DNA of 61,032 nucleotides, counting the filler, from Sanchytrium tribonematis (taxonomy: Eukaryota): assembly GCA_018985235.1 (NCBI GenBank). It is 8 parts of 8 records of this genome, joined end to end, with 100 filler letters (N's around TTAATTAATTAA, not from the genome) between each part and the next. Parts side by side here need not be neighbours in the genome. Positions count along the whole stretch, not along the records: positions 5,069 to 30,893 come from JADGIG010000064.1; positions 30,994 to 35,945 come from JADGIG010000658.1; 6 more parts are not named here. The stretch is one strand, 5' to 3'. Shown piece by piece: positions 21,741-32,130 of the stretch; position 1 is the first letter of the stretch; the number at the start of each line of letters is the position of its first letter. The notes below the pieces were generated by a model. The model was not told the DNA's origin. It ran no database searches and saw nothing but the letters and a program-made list of their open reading frames with translations. Both the position numbers and the translations under genes were made by a program.

Positions 21741-22889
21741 ATGGATCAGAATCTGTTGAGGCAATTGAAAAAACATGCTTCTCGTCAGTGGATGATATTT
21801 GGTCTAATATTTGCGATACTGCTGTCTTATTTATGGCCAGACTTGGGAAAATCAAATGGTTACCTCAAGACTAATTTATGGACAAATAATCTTTGCATTG
21901 TGTTAATATTTCTACATACTGGAATATCGATTCAATCGCAAATACTGCGCCAGGCTTTTCTTAAGGTGCATTTACATGTGATTATGCAAATTATCAATTT
22001 AGGCTTAATCCCACTTTATACATTTGGATTTGTGAGATTAATTTCAATTCCGCAAACAGTTGACCCACTTTTGCTGGAAGGAATACTAGTAATGGCAGTA
22101 ATGCCTGCAACTGTGAGTACTTGCATCGTTTATACCCAGCTCGCAAATGGAAATACAGCGTTGGCAATTATTGACAGTGCCTTAGGTAATTTTCTAGGAA
22201 TATTTATATCACCACTTTATTTAATACTCATAGAAAATAGAAATTTTGGGAGCAATTATGGAGACCTATTATTAAATTTATTACTAGTTGTGTTCCTGCC
22301 ATTTGTAATTGGCCAAGCAATCAGAATATTTTTTCCAAAACTGACTCAATTTGTTTGTAAAATGCCAGGATTCAAGTATTTTACAGGTATTTTGGTACTT
22401 GTGATGGTCTGGTGTGCGTTCAGCAACGCTTTCGGTTCTAATACAACTGTAGGAATTTCAGCCTTATATGTTTTTTTCGTTATTGTATTATTATACTTGA
22501 TTAACACCTTCATGACAGGAGCGATATTTGTATTGCTTAACTGGATGATGCCACCATCACCTAGTGAGGATTTAATGATTGCAACTGCTATAAGATTTTC
22601 ATGGGAAGTGACTCGCGAAGATGTAGTGGCCGCAATTTGCACTGTTCCTCAAAAGACCATGGCTATGGGACTTCCGTTGATACAATTGGTATATTTTGAC
22701 AGGCCCAATGAAATTGCTATAGTGGGTTTACCATTAATCTTTTATCATGCAATTCAACTATTTTTGAATGGATTAATGATTCCATACTTAAAAAGATATG
22801 TTGCCAAAAACCAGGCAGTATCAGTGGATTCGAGTGATGATGAGGAAAATATCAAGGATGTGGAATTATCAAGATTAGATTCCAAATAG
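21741..22889 (+). CDS. Sodium/bile acid symporter family protein (SLC10A7/Rch1-like)
   Basis: Multi-TM protein with MPATVSTCIVYTQLANGN, LGIFISP and QKTMAMGLPL. Confidence 0.88.
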   Translation: MDQNLLRQLKKHASRQWMIFGLIFAILLSYLWPDLGKSNGYLKTNLWTNNLCIVLIFLHTGISIQSQILRQAFLKVHLHVIMQIINLGLIPLYTFGFVRLISIPQTVDPLLLEGILVMAVMPATVSTCIVYTQLANGNTALAIIDSALGNFLGIFISPLYLILIENRNFGSNYGDLLLNLLLVVFLPFVIGQAIRIFFPKLTQFVCKMPGFKYFTGILVLVMVWCAFSNAFGSNTTVGISALYVFFVIVLLYLINTFMTGAIFVLLNWMMPPSPSEDLMIATAIRFSWEVTREDVVAAICTVPQKTMAMGLPLIQLVYFDRPNEIAIVGLPLIFYHAIQLFLNGLMIPYLKRYVAKNQAVSVDSSDDEENIKDVELSRLDSK

Positions 22890-23027
22890 AATTTATTTGC
22901 TTTAATAGGACTGGCTTTCGTGGTTTCATTTTGTGAATTAAATTGATCTAAATTTAAATAAATGGAAGTAAATCTTTAGCTTTGAATTGGTGATTCCGCT
23001 CAATTCTCCTTAAAATTCAAAGATTGG

Positions 23028-24755
23028 ATGAATGATCAATTAAAACGCCAATATTCCAAACAGACAGCTAACAATAAGAAAAAGAAAGTTACTGCAGAGT
23101 ATCTTGTAGAGTTTACGGATGCGCATCCAAATTTGGACTCATTTGCTGGGATCGAAAGTTGTTTGAAGCAATTAATTGATTTAGTTGTACTTCCTCTGAA
23201 ACAACCTCATCTTTACAAAAGTTGCGGTATTACACCACCTACAGGGATTTTGTTACATGGACCGAGTGGTTCTGGCAAAACAGCACTAGCTCTTGCTTTG
23301 GGAAAAAGTGTAGACGTCCCATTTTTCTTGGTTCCTTCTCCATCTTTGATATCAGGAATGAGTGGGGATAGCGAAAAGAAAATAAGGCAAATCTTTCAAC
23401 TTGTCAAGGATAATGCTCCATCTATTTTATTTATTGATGAGATAGACTGCATTGCACAAAAAAGAGAGTCTGGAAAGGGAATGGACCAACGAATAGTCGC
23501 TCAATTTATGAGTTCTTTGGACGATTTAAGCTTTGAGAAGTCGTCAGTTATTGTTCTGGCAGCTACCAATAGGCCAGATCTACTAGATCCTGCATTACGT
23601 AGAGCAGGAAGATTCGACAGGGAAGTTTTGCTTAATATTCCTAGTGAGCAAACTAGGCTTTCCATATTGAGAAAGTTGATTGGCAATATGAGCTGCAAAG
23701 CCGATTTGCAATTTATATCAAAGAGAACGGGTGGTTTTGTGGGAGCAGATCTACAATCTTTAGTCTCAACTGCCTCCTTGAGAGCAATTAAGCGTCAGAT
23801 AAATATCAAAAGCGTTGAATCTATCAAAATTATTAAAGAATTAATGAAAGCAGTTCCGCTGGATGTTGTCAAATCATTCTCAATTTTGCAAGACGATTTT
23901 ATGGAAGCACTAAAACACGTGCAACCAAGTGCACTTAGAGAAGGTTTTGCGACTGTCCCGAACGTCACATTTGATGATATTGGTGCTCATGAACATTTGA
24001 TTAAAGAGATGAATAACTCGGTCCTAGAGCCGATTATAAAGAGGGAATTGTACGCACAATTCGGAATAAAAAATCCTACGGGTATTTTACTATGGGGACC
24101 ACCTGGCTGTGGCAAAACCTTGCTAGCGAAAGCTACTGCTAATGCATGCGGGTGTAATTTTGTTTCTGTGAAGGGTCCAGAACTATTAAACAAATATGTG
24201 GGAGAGAGTGAGAAAGCAGTTAGAATTGTGTTTTCTAGAGCGAGAGCATCGGCTCCTTGTCTAATATTCTTTGATGAAATCGACGCACTTTGTCCCAAAA
24301 GAGATGACTCTAAGTCGGAGGCTACGCAACGAGTTGTCAACACTTTATTGACGGAATTGGATGGCGTGGATGGAAGAGATGGTGTGTTTGTCCTCGCAGC
24401 CACAAATAGACCAGATATTATAGATCCTGCGTTATTGCGACCTGGAAGAATCGACAAATTAAAATTTGTTCCATTGCCAACTGTTGACGATAGGCAGAAA
24501 ATATTAAAAACACTTTGCAGATCGCTGCCTCTAGACAAAAACCTTAATTTTGATGGTATAGCTGACATGTCAAAAGGTTATTCTGGTGCAGATTTAAACG
24601 CTTTAGTAAGAGAAGCCTCCTCTTTCGCAATTCGTCTTAATAAGGCTAGCTTAGATATGTCTTGTTTTAACGAATCATTTAAAAATATGCGGGCTAGTGT
24701 TGCTGATGAAGACCATAAGGAATATCTGAGACTTAAGCAATATTTCGGCCAGTGA
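23028..24755 (+). CDS. RIX7: Ribosome biogenesis AAA ATPase RIX7/NVL
   Basis: Two AAA domains: LHGPSGSGKT, ISGMSGDSEKKIR, VQPSALREGFATVPNV, LWGPPGCGKT and KGPELLNKYVGESE. Confidence 0.9.
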   Translation: MNDQLKRQYSKQTANNKKKKVTAEYLVEFTDAHPNLDSFAGIESCLKQLIDLVVLPLKQPHLYKSCGITPPTGILLHGPSGSGKTALALALGKSVDVPFFLVPSPSLISGMSGDSEKKIRQIFQLVKDNAPSILFIDEIDCIAQKRESGKGMDQRIVAQFMSSLDDLSFEKSSVIVLAATNRPDLLDPALRRAGRFDREVLLNIPSEQTRLSILRKLIGNMSCKADLQFISKRTGGFVGADLQSLVSTASLRAIKRQINIKSVESIKIIKELMKAVPLDVVKSFSILQDDFMEALKHVQPSALREGFATVPNVTFDDIGAHEHLIKEMNNSVLEPIIKRELYAQFGIKNPTGILLWGPPGCGKTLLAKATANACGCNFVSVKGPELLNKYVGESEKAVRIVFSRARASAPCLIFFDEIDALCPKRDDSKSEATQRVVNTLLTELDGVDGRDGVFVLAATNRPDIIDPALLRPGRIDKLKFVPLPTVDDRQKILKTLCRSLPLDKNLNFDGIADMSKGYSGADLNALVREASSFAIRLNKASLDMSCFNESFKNMRASVADEDHKEYLRLKQYFGQ

Positions 24756-24774
24756 ATAAATTTCCCTTGTTTGA

Positions 24775-25407
24775 ATGTCATCGTCCAAATCTGTGACTCG
24801 ATTGGCAATAGAAGCTCTCACGCCTCAAAAACTACCCACAAATGCTTGGAACTGCTCTATTGGGTCTTTAATGGCATCTGATCTACATTTAGGCCATCGC
24901 CCAAAAGATATGCACCCCAATTCTCTTCCTTATGTTTACGGACAAAAACAGATTCATATTCTTAATCTTGAACATACTTTACAACAACTGAGAAGAGCTT
25001 GTAGTTTTTTAAATGAGTTAAAGAAAACTGAGGGTAAAATATTGTGGCTTGGAAGTAAAGATTGTTCAATCGGTATGAGAATGGCCAGAATAACTTCTAC
25101 CGAATTTAAATCATATCAACCTGGTATGTTTACAAATTCCAAGCTAAAAGAATTTATTCAACCTGATGCAGTCATATTTGTGCCAACATTTTTGCAACTG
25201 TATAGTGAGAATCGATTTGATGTGTTGAAAGGACCAACTAAAGAAGTGGCATTACTGGAGTGCATGAAGGCTTGTGTTCCTTCAATTTCACTTTGTGATA
25301 GTAATGAAGACATACGGATGATAACTTATCCGATAATAGGCAATGATGATGGGGTTGCCAGCGGACAACTTATTTCCAAAATTCTAGCAAACTCAATAAA
25401 AAATTAG
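24775..25407 (+). CDS. Mitochondrial ribosomal protein uS2m
   Basis: Motifs LMASDLHLGH, IHILNLEHT, QPDAVI and ITYPIIGNDD. Confidence 0.8.
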   Translation: MSSSKSVTRLAIEALTPQKLPTNAWNCSIGSLMASDLHLGHRPKDMHPNSLPYVYGQKQIHILNLEHTLQQLRRACSFLNELKKTEGKILWLGSKDCSIGMRMARITSTEFKSYQPGMFTNSKLKEFIQPDAVIFVPTFLQLYSENRFDVLKGPTKEVALLECMKACVPSISLCDSNEDIRMITYPIIGNDDGVASGQLISKILANSIKN

Positions 25408-25413
25408 AACGAT

Positions 25414-25536
25414 TCAATCGAGCTTCTTGATTTTATATTTGACCATTTGTGGACCACTTCTAATATGTAATTCGTCATATTGAGCTAGGTGCTCGTACTG
25501 TATTCGATCATTTGGTCCTAGTTCTAACACCTTCAT
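25414..25536 (-). CDS. Candidate 40-aa small protein, below the ORF-track cutoff
   Basis: ATG-to-TGA ORF MKVLELGPNDRIQYEHLAQYDELHIRSGPQMVKYKIKKLD; its stop is 6 nt from the convergent uS2m stop. Confidence 0.35.
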   Translation of the reverse strand: MKVLELGPNDRIQYEHLAQYDELHIRSGPQMVKYKIKKLD

Positions 25537-26004
25537 TTAAGGAGATATTCAAGCGGAATGATTGGCGATTTGCACGTGTTGTATATCCGTGTCAAGTCTC
25601 TGCTTTATCCCCTGTCCATTCTTAAGAGCTTCTATTGATTCAATGGAGGTGTCAGAGAACTGGAAGAGGACAGACACTTAATCACTCCGAAAAAATTCAA
25701 TGAGGAGCTTCATGCGTGTCGTACATCTAATCATTTTTCGATTTTACTTCCTTGCAAAGCTTTTTTATCTTTATGATAAAAATGACAGTCAAGGTAGAGC
25801 CAGAGAGGACTCGTTGCTTGATAATTTCTATCAAGGCTCCATAAACCTCAGTCAAATTATTAAATTTTAACTTTTTATTCCATGACGCTCAGTATTCTTG
25901 AATATATCACCATCGGCGCTGCCTACTAAAATTCACATTCTAATAAATCATTAGGAAGCATTCTGTGATTGTTTCATTTTTCATTGTATCTCCTGTAAAC
26001 CTCC

Positions 26005-28959
26005 ATGCCAACGAAGAAGTCTAAACCGATTCCAAATGCGATTGAAAAAAATAAAGCTACAGTCAAGAAAAAAGTTGATATTCGGATTCAACACTTACTC
26101 GCCAATGCCATTCAACAACACCATCGTTCATTTTTGGTTATGGTGGGAGAACACGGAAGTGACCAAATCATGCATTTGCATTACTTTTTGACTAATCACT
26201 GGATTAAGCGTCCTTCAGTACTCTGGTGCTACAAGAAGGACTTGGGATTTAGTTCTAACCGAAAAAAAAGGATCAAATATTTACAGCAACTCGCAAAAAA
26301 GGGCTTAAAGGATGCAGACACTGCTAACCCATTTGACTCATTTATATCTACAACTGATATAAGATATTGCTATTACAAGGAAACTCAAAATATACTAGGA
26401 AACACTTATGGAATGTTAGTTTTGCAAGATTTTGAGGCTATAACTCCAAATATTTTAGCAAGAACAATGGAATGCATCCAAGGTGGCGGTCTTATAGTGC
26501 TTTTATTAAAATCAGTTGATTCTCTTAAGCAATTGCATAGTTTATCTATGGATGTGTATGCAAGATTCAAAACTGATCAATTTGACTCAGTTATCCCTAG
26601 ATTCAATGAAAGATTTATCATGTCGTTAATGGAATGTGATAATTGCTTGGTGGTCGACGATGAGCTTTCAGTTCTACCAATATCTCAAGGAAAGCATGTC
26701 AGTCCGCCTAATATTAATGTAACTGCTATGACTTCTTTGAGAGAATCCGTTGATACTCCCGACTTAAAATCTTTAAAGGAACAAATGCTAGAAAAACCAA
26801 TTCTTCATAGTATTATAGTCAAAGCTAAAACAGTCGATCAAGCCCAAGCAATGATCAAAATGTTTGACTGTATAAGTAGTGGCAATTTAAAATCAACCTT
26901 TTGCTTGACAGCTGGTAGAGGTAGGGGGAAATCAGCAGCTCTTGGACTCTCCATTGCTGCTGCAGTCGCTCAAGGATATACTAATATTTTTGTTACTTCT
27001 CCAAGTCCTGAAAATTTACGCACCTTGTTTGAATTTGTCTTCACCGGATTCGAAGCTTTAGGTTTTAAAGAACATGCTGATTTTGATTCAGCAATGGATT
27101 CAAAAAAATGTGTAACTCGCATTAATATTTTTAAAAATCATCGTCAAACAATTCAATATATCGATCCTTCTGATCATGCAATGCTTGTACAAGCGGAGCT
27201 TCTTGTTATTGATGAAGCTGCTGCAATCCCACTAACAAAAGTCAGAAATATGCTCGGAAGTCATATGACTTTCCTTTCATCGACGATTAATGGCTATGAA
27301 GGTACAGGGAGAAGTTTGTCATTAAAATTGGTGCAAGAACTGAAACAAAAGGAAAATTCTGTAATCTATGAAGAATCTCTTCAGGAACCCATCAGATATT
27401 ACGCAAATGATGCAGTTGAAAAGTGGTTAAATTCTCTTTTGTGTCTTAATTCTCAACCGGGTCCTTCCTTACAAACTTATCCACCTCCACAAGAGTGCGA
27501 ATTATATTTTGTCAACAGAGATACTCTATTTTCGCACCATCAAGTCAGCGAAAAATTCTTATCTAGAATGGTAGGAATGTTTGTTAGTAGTCATTATAAA
27601 AATCAACCTAACGATCTACAATTAATGAGTGATGCACCTGCTCATCGACTTTTTGTTTTGTTACCACCAAACAGCTCCAAGTCGCTACCAAATCCTTTGG
27701 TTGTCATTCAGATTTGTATAGAAGGTGCTATTAATAATGACTTGATGCAAAAACGATTACAGGATGGAACTAGAGTAGACGGTGACTTGATTCCTCATGT
27801 GATGGCGCAGCAGTATCAGGATTCTAATTTTGCATCGTTAAAGGGTGCTCGGATTGTTAGAATAGCTACTCATCCTAGCTACCAAAGCATGGGTTATGGT
27901 CAATTCGCTGTCCAAAAGCTTTTGGAGTGGTTTTCAAATGGTAATAGCGTAAGGGTACCTAATGGTATGGAAAGAGGCGATCTTGGTTATATTGAACAAG
28001 AGGAAAATGTATTGAAACCCCTACTAGTTCCATTAGACAAGCGAGTTGCAGACCAATTAGACTACATAGGCGTCTCTTATGGCTTAACTTCGTCTCTTTT
28101 AAAATTTTGGTCTAAATTGAATTTCAGGAGTGTATATTTGAGACAAACAATGAATGAGGTCACTGGGGAACACACCATGATCATGTTGAAATCTATGCAG
28201 GCTGATTCCAAGGTTATAGATGACTTTCAGGCGGAATTTTGTCATAGATTCATTGTATTACAATCTTTTGATTTTAAAGAATTATCCCTTGGTCTTTCGA
28301 TGGCCATTATTAATAATTTAAAACTGAAGAACAAGAAAATGGTAAATTATGAAAACCTTTATGATCATTATTTGACTTCGGACATTAAAAGAATTAAAAG
28401 TTTTTGTTCAAATTTAATTGATTATCATGTTTTGTTAGATCTGTTACCTAAATTGGCAGAGCATGTCATTTTGAATCAAATTCAGCATGAAAATGGCTCT
28501 TTAACACTTTCTGGTGTTCAAAAAAGTATTTTACTCGGACTCGGATTGCAGCGGAAAAAAGCGTACGAAATCGGCAAAGAAATGTCTATTCCCACAAATC
28601 AAGTGTTGGCGTTATTGGCAAAAAGTGTCAAAAAGGTATTCAATTGTTTGGAGACTCTGATGTTGCAACACGAAGATATGAAAATGCCTGGAAAATCCAC
28701 ATTCGAATTACAGTCAATGCAAGCACCAGCAGAACAAATTCCTCTTGCACCAGAGCTGGATGCTGATTTGGAAGAAGAACTTGACGAAGAAGTACTAAAA
28801 ATACAAAAGGAGAGCCTGCAAAAACTAAATTTGGAACATTTTAATGTCGAAGGGAAGCTGAATATAGAACCTAACACGAATGAACCGGTTTTATCTGTTC
28901 CCGTTAAGAATAAGAGAAAGAATTTACAAAGCAAGCAAAATAAGAAATTAAAGAAATAA
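26005..28959 (+). CDS. KRE33: RNA cytidine acetyltransferase KRE33/NAT10
   Basis: Motifs VLWCYKKDLGFSS, TAGRGRGKSAALG, VIDEAAAIPL, STINGYEGTGRSLSLKL and RIVRIATHP. Confidence 0.96.
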   Translation: MPTKKSKPIPNAIEKNKATVKKKVDIRIQHLLANAIQQHHRSFLVMVGEHGSDQIMHLHYFLTNHWIKRPSVLWCYKKDLGFSSNRKKRIKYLQQLAKKGLKDADTANPFDSFISTTDIRYCYYKETQNILGNTYGMLVLQDFEAITPNILARTMECIQGGGLIVLLLKSVDSLKQLHSLSMDVYARFKTDQFDSVIPRFNERFIMSLMECDNCLVVDDELSVLPISQGKHVSPPNINVTAMTSLRESVDTPDLKSLKEQMLEKPILHSIIVKAKTVDQAQAMIKMFDCISSGNLKSTFCLTAGRGRGKSAALGLSIAAAVAQGYTNIFVTSPSPENLRTLFEFVFTGFEALGFKEHADFDSAMDSKKCVTRINIFKNHRQTIQYIDPSDHAMLVQAELLVIDEAAAIPLTKVRNMLGSHMTFLSSTINGYEGTGRSLSLKLVQELKQKENSVIYEESLQEPIRYYANDAVEKWLNSLLCLNSQPGPSLQTYPPPQECELYFVNRDTLFSHHQVSEKFLSRMVGMFVSSHYKNQPNDLQLMSDAPAHRLFVLLPPNSSKSLPNPLVVIQICIEGAINNDLMQKRLQDGTRVDGDLIPHVMAQQYQDSNFASLKGARIVRIATHPSYQSMGYGQFAVQKLLEWFSNGNSVRVPNGMERGDLGYIEQEENVLKPLLVPLDKRVADQLDYIGVSYGLTSSLLKFWSKLNFRSVYLRQTMNEVTGEHTMIMLKSMQADSKVIDDFQAEFCHRFIVLQSFDFKELSLGLSMAIINNLKLKNKKMVNYENLYDHYLTSDIKRIKSFCSNLIDYHVLLDLLPKLAEHVILNQIQHENGSLTLSGVQKSILLGLGLQRKKAYEIGKEMSIPTNQVLALLAKSVKKVFNCLETLMLQHEDMKMPGKSTFELQSMQAPAEQIPLAPELDADLEEELDEEVLKIQKESLQKLNLEHFNVEGKLNIEPNTNEPVLSVPVKNKRKNLQSKQNKKLKK

Positions 28960-28960
28960 A

Positions 28961-29461
28961 TTATTCCATTTTTACTTTATAAGCACCGCTCTTTTTCAGA
29001 AAAGGTTGAAAGCTTATGTTATCTGGCCAAGATTGTTCCAGGAACCATTTTCTAAAGGAATGGCGACTAGGAAGCACTTTTATCTCCCCAACAGGGTACA
29101 CATTGTTCATTATGATATCCAAAACTTTTTTGTCATCTTCCAGAGTTTCAACATCTTGCAACCATTGAAAATTTTTGGGGAATATTAATCTTTCTGATAA
29201 GACAGACACTTTAGAATTGCCTTCTTTCGCTTTGTAGTTTGAGTGCCATTTTAAAAGATTTTTTACATCAGATTCAGTACTTCGAAAATACGACTCTAAA
29301 TGTCCAAAATACTGATCACTATTTTGGTATGAATTCCATTTTGGCGTTGCAATCTTAATTATATTTAGACAATCGATATGACCTTTTTCGTTTAAATGAC
29401 CGCTGATGTCTTTTAATTGCTGTTGAGCAACCTTAAGAAATTCCTTGTGGATCAGTTTCAT
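28961..29461 (-). CDS. Hypothetical protein
   Basis: 166-aa ATG ORF; its stop is 1 nt from the convergent KRE33 stop. Confidence 0.55.
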   Translation of the reverse strand: MKLIHKEFLKVAQQQLKDISGHLNEKGHIDCLNIIKIATPKWNSYQNSDQYFGHLESYFRSTESDVKNLLKWHSNYKAKEGNSKVSVLSERLIFPKNFQWLQDVETLEDDKKVLDIIMNNVYPVGEIKVLPSRHSFRKWFLEQSWPDNISFQPFLKKSGAYKVKME

Positions 29462-29602
29462 CCTTCATAGTTTCTCTCCATCTGGTTAAAAAAGCAACGA
29501 TGATTTGAAAATCAACAAATAAATGTTTCGGAAGAGGACGATAAATTAATGCAATCGTTATAATTCAATAAATCAAAAGGCGGAGATCTGATACATTACA
29601 AA

Positions 29603-30893
29603 ATGTCTGAGTTCCCATCACTATCATTGCTTCCCAAGCAAACTACTCAGGCTCTAGAATTCATTGAAAAGACAGGAAAAGACGGCAAAAACACTGTTGT
29701 AGCCATTTTGGACACTGGAGTTGACCCTTCAGCACCAGGCTTGCAGAAAACAACTGACGGCAAAGTAAAAATTATTGACTGTGTTGATTGCACTGGTAGT
29801 GGAGACGTAAAATTGACAGACTGGATTGACGTAAAACCCGATACCAAGTTATTGAGTGGAAAAATATTGAAGCTCCCGCCTGGTATAAAGAAAGTCAAAC
29901 TTGGGTTAAAGCCTGCAACTGAGTTATATCCGAAAGACTTATGGAATAGATTAAAACAGCAGAGGAAGGAGCTGATTGAGAAGTCTCATTCTAATTACAT
30001 CAATGAAAGCAACATTTTGTTAAATCAAATTAATGAGCAACTTTCTAAAGATGGAACTAACGAGAAACTTCTTTCTCTTAAGACTGAATACCAAAACAGA
30101 CTAGATGTATTGGATGATTTATATAAATCAGAAGATGAGGGGATAGTCTTTGATGTAGTGGTTTACTTTGACAAAAAGTATTTTGCAATGGTTGATAAGC
30201 TTGGAACAGGGGACCTTACTAATGCTACAGCTATGATGGACTACTCCGAAAAGTATGAGCACGACAGATTTACTGATGTCGATTATTTGACCTATAATTT
30301 TACATTTTATCCAGGTCCATCGGAGAAAGACTTGATTCTCAGTATAGTATGTGTCGCAGGAAGTCATGGTACTCATGTAGCAGCTATCACAGCTGCCAAT
30401 TTTCCGGATAGTCCAAACTTGAATGGTGTTGCGCCTGGAGCACAAATTGTCAGCTTAAAGATTGGGGACACCAGGCTAGGTAGTATGGAGACAGGACCTG
30501 GGCTTTATAGGGCCCTCAAATACCTTCTTAAATACAATTGCGACGTTGCAAATATGAGCTATGGTGAAGAGTGTCATTATCCAGACACGGGAAAATTTGT
30601 AAATCTATTAAAGCGAGTTATAAATTCTGGCTGCATTTTTGTCAGCAGTGCCGGAAATGCTGGTCCTTGCCTAAGTACTGTTGGAGCACCAGGCGGCACT
30701 ACTAGTGGTGTCATTTCTGTTGGAGCGCATGTGTCGAAAGATCAAATTCAAGCTGAATATGCTTTGATTGAAGAACCACTATCCTCGAAGAGAGAAAATA
30801 TTCCATATACCTGGAGTAGTAGAGGTCCGACAGCAGATGGTGATTATGGTGTAAATGTGTATGCACCAGGTTCCGCAATCACGTCTATCCCAA
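29603..30893 (+). CDS. TPP2: Tripeptidyl-peptidase II (3'-truncated at contig end)
   Basis: S8 subtilisin motifs AILDTGVDP, DCTGSGDV, GSHGTHVA, KIGDTRLGSMETG and TWSSRGP. Confidence 0.93.
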
Positions 30894-30993
30894 NNNNNNN
30901 NNNNNNNNNNNNNNNNNNNNNNNNNNNNNNNNNNNNNTTAATTAATTAANNNNNNNNNNNNNNNNNNNNNNNNNNNNNNNNNNNNNNNNNNNN
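30894..30993. other. Artificial contig linker
   Basis: N44-TTAATTAATTAA-N44. Confidence 0.98.
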
Positions 30994-31166
30994 TTCTTGA
31001 TTCAATTTCAGAGAAATTTGTAAATATAAATAATCTTGATGAATTACTTAGGAAACCAGATAATGGAATGATGATGAAGGGGATGGTTTATTTAATGACC
31101 CATAAAAATGAACAAAAAATACCAAGTGCTTCTGATTTGCTTGATTTTATAACTAAAATTCAATAA
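30994..31166 (+). CDS. C-terminal fragment of a protein kinase paralogous to the next gene
   Basis: Translates ...MMMKGMVYLMTHKNEQKIPSASDLLDF...*, versus LQMKGMVYLMTQQDPQSRPTASELYDF in the neighbour. Confidence 0.75.
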
Positions 31167-31284
31167 ATAAATCACAATGACCAATAATTTTTTACAATCT
31201 CTGTGATTCTCTGTACAACTCTGTGCAACCAGGTGATTGTAATAACTTGATACAAAATAAATTTGTGATTTTCAAAATTACCCC

Positions 31285-32130
31285 ATGATGTTGTTCCTTT
31301 TTGAATTAGCAATAGCTGCATTTTGGTTCTCAAATCGTGTCATTAAATCATATAAAAGACGATATTTGAATAATTTACAAGACATGGAAACCCAATTATT
31401 ACAAGAAATGTGTCATGAAATCAAGATTTTATCACAATTAGATCATGCCAACATTATTAAAATAGATCGAACCGAATCAGATTGTGAAAAAGAGGCAAAT
31501 TCAATTACATTTACCAAATTTAATATGAAAAAGTATCCATTAACTTTAAATGATATCGGAATGAGTTTAAATTTAAGAGCTATTATTCAATTTGCATTTC
31601 AAATGACAAGTGCATTAAAGTATTTACATGACTCAACACCATCATTTGCGCATCGAGATATTAAATTTGATAATATTTATGCTGAACAACTATTTAATGA
31701 TAAAAATAGAGAATGGTATTATCACTATGTATTAGCTGATTTTGGATACGCAATTGAAATCAAGAATGATAAGACAAATGAAATGATGACAAATCAGCGA
31801 CCGGGGACGAGGGCGTATGCAGCACCAGAATTATTTGATGGAAGTATAGAAAACATTGATGCAATTAAAACAGACATTTATTCATTGGGTATTTGTATAG
31901 GTCATATGTTGGAAATAGTACAATATGGTGTTAACGAAAGACTTTTAATTCTGGAGGAATTGTCTCATAAATTTGAAAATGTTAAAACATTAGATAATTT
32001 ATGGGAATATGATGAAAAACTTCAAATGAAGGGCATGGTCTATTTAATGACTCAACAAGATCCACAATCAAGACCCACTGCATCTGAATTGTATGACTTT
32101 CTTGAAATAAATAAAATCAATGTTTATTAA
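31285..32130 (+). CDS. Divergent Ser/Thr protein kinase with a signal-peptide-like N-terminus
   Basis: Motifs HRDIKFDN, LADFG, YAAPE and DIYSLG; no Gly-rich loop; N-terminus MMLFLFELAIAA. Confidence 0.85.
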   Translation: MMLFLFELAIAAFWFSNRVIKSYKRRYLNNLQDMETQLLQEMCHEIKILSQLDHANIIKIDRTESDCEKEANSITFTKFNMKKYPLTLNDIGMSLNLRAIIQFAFQMTSALKYLHDSTPSFAHRDIKFDNIYAEQLFNDKNREWYYHYVLADFGYAIEIKNDKTNEMMTNQRPGTRAYAAPELFDGSIENIDAIKTDIYSLGICIGHMLEIVQYGVNERLLILEELSHKFENVKTLDNLWEYDEKLQMKGMVYLMTQQDPQSRPTASELYDFLEINKINVY

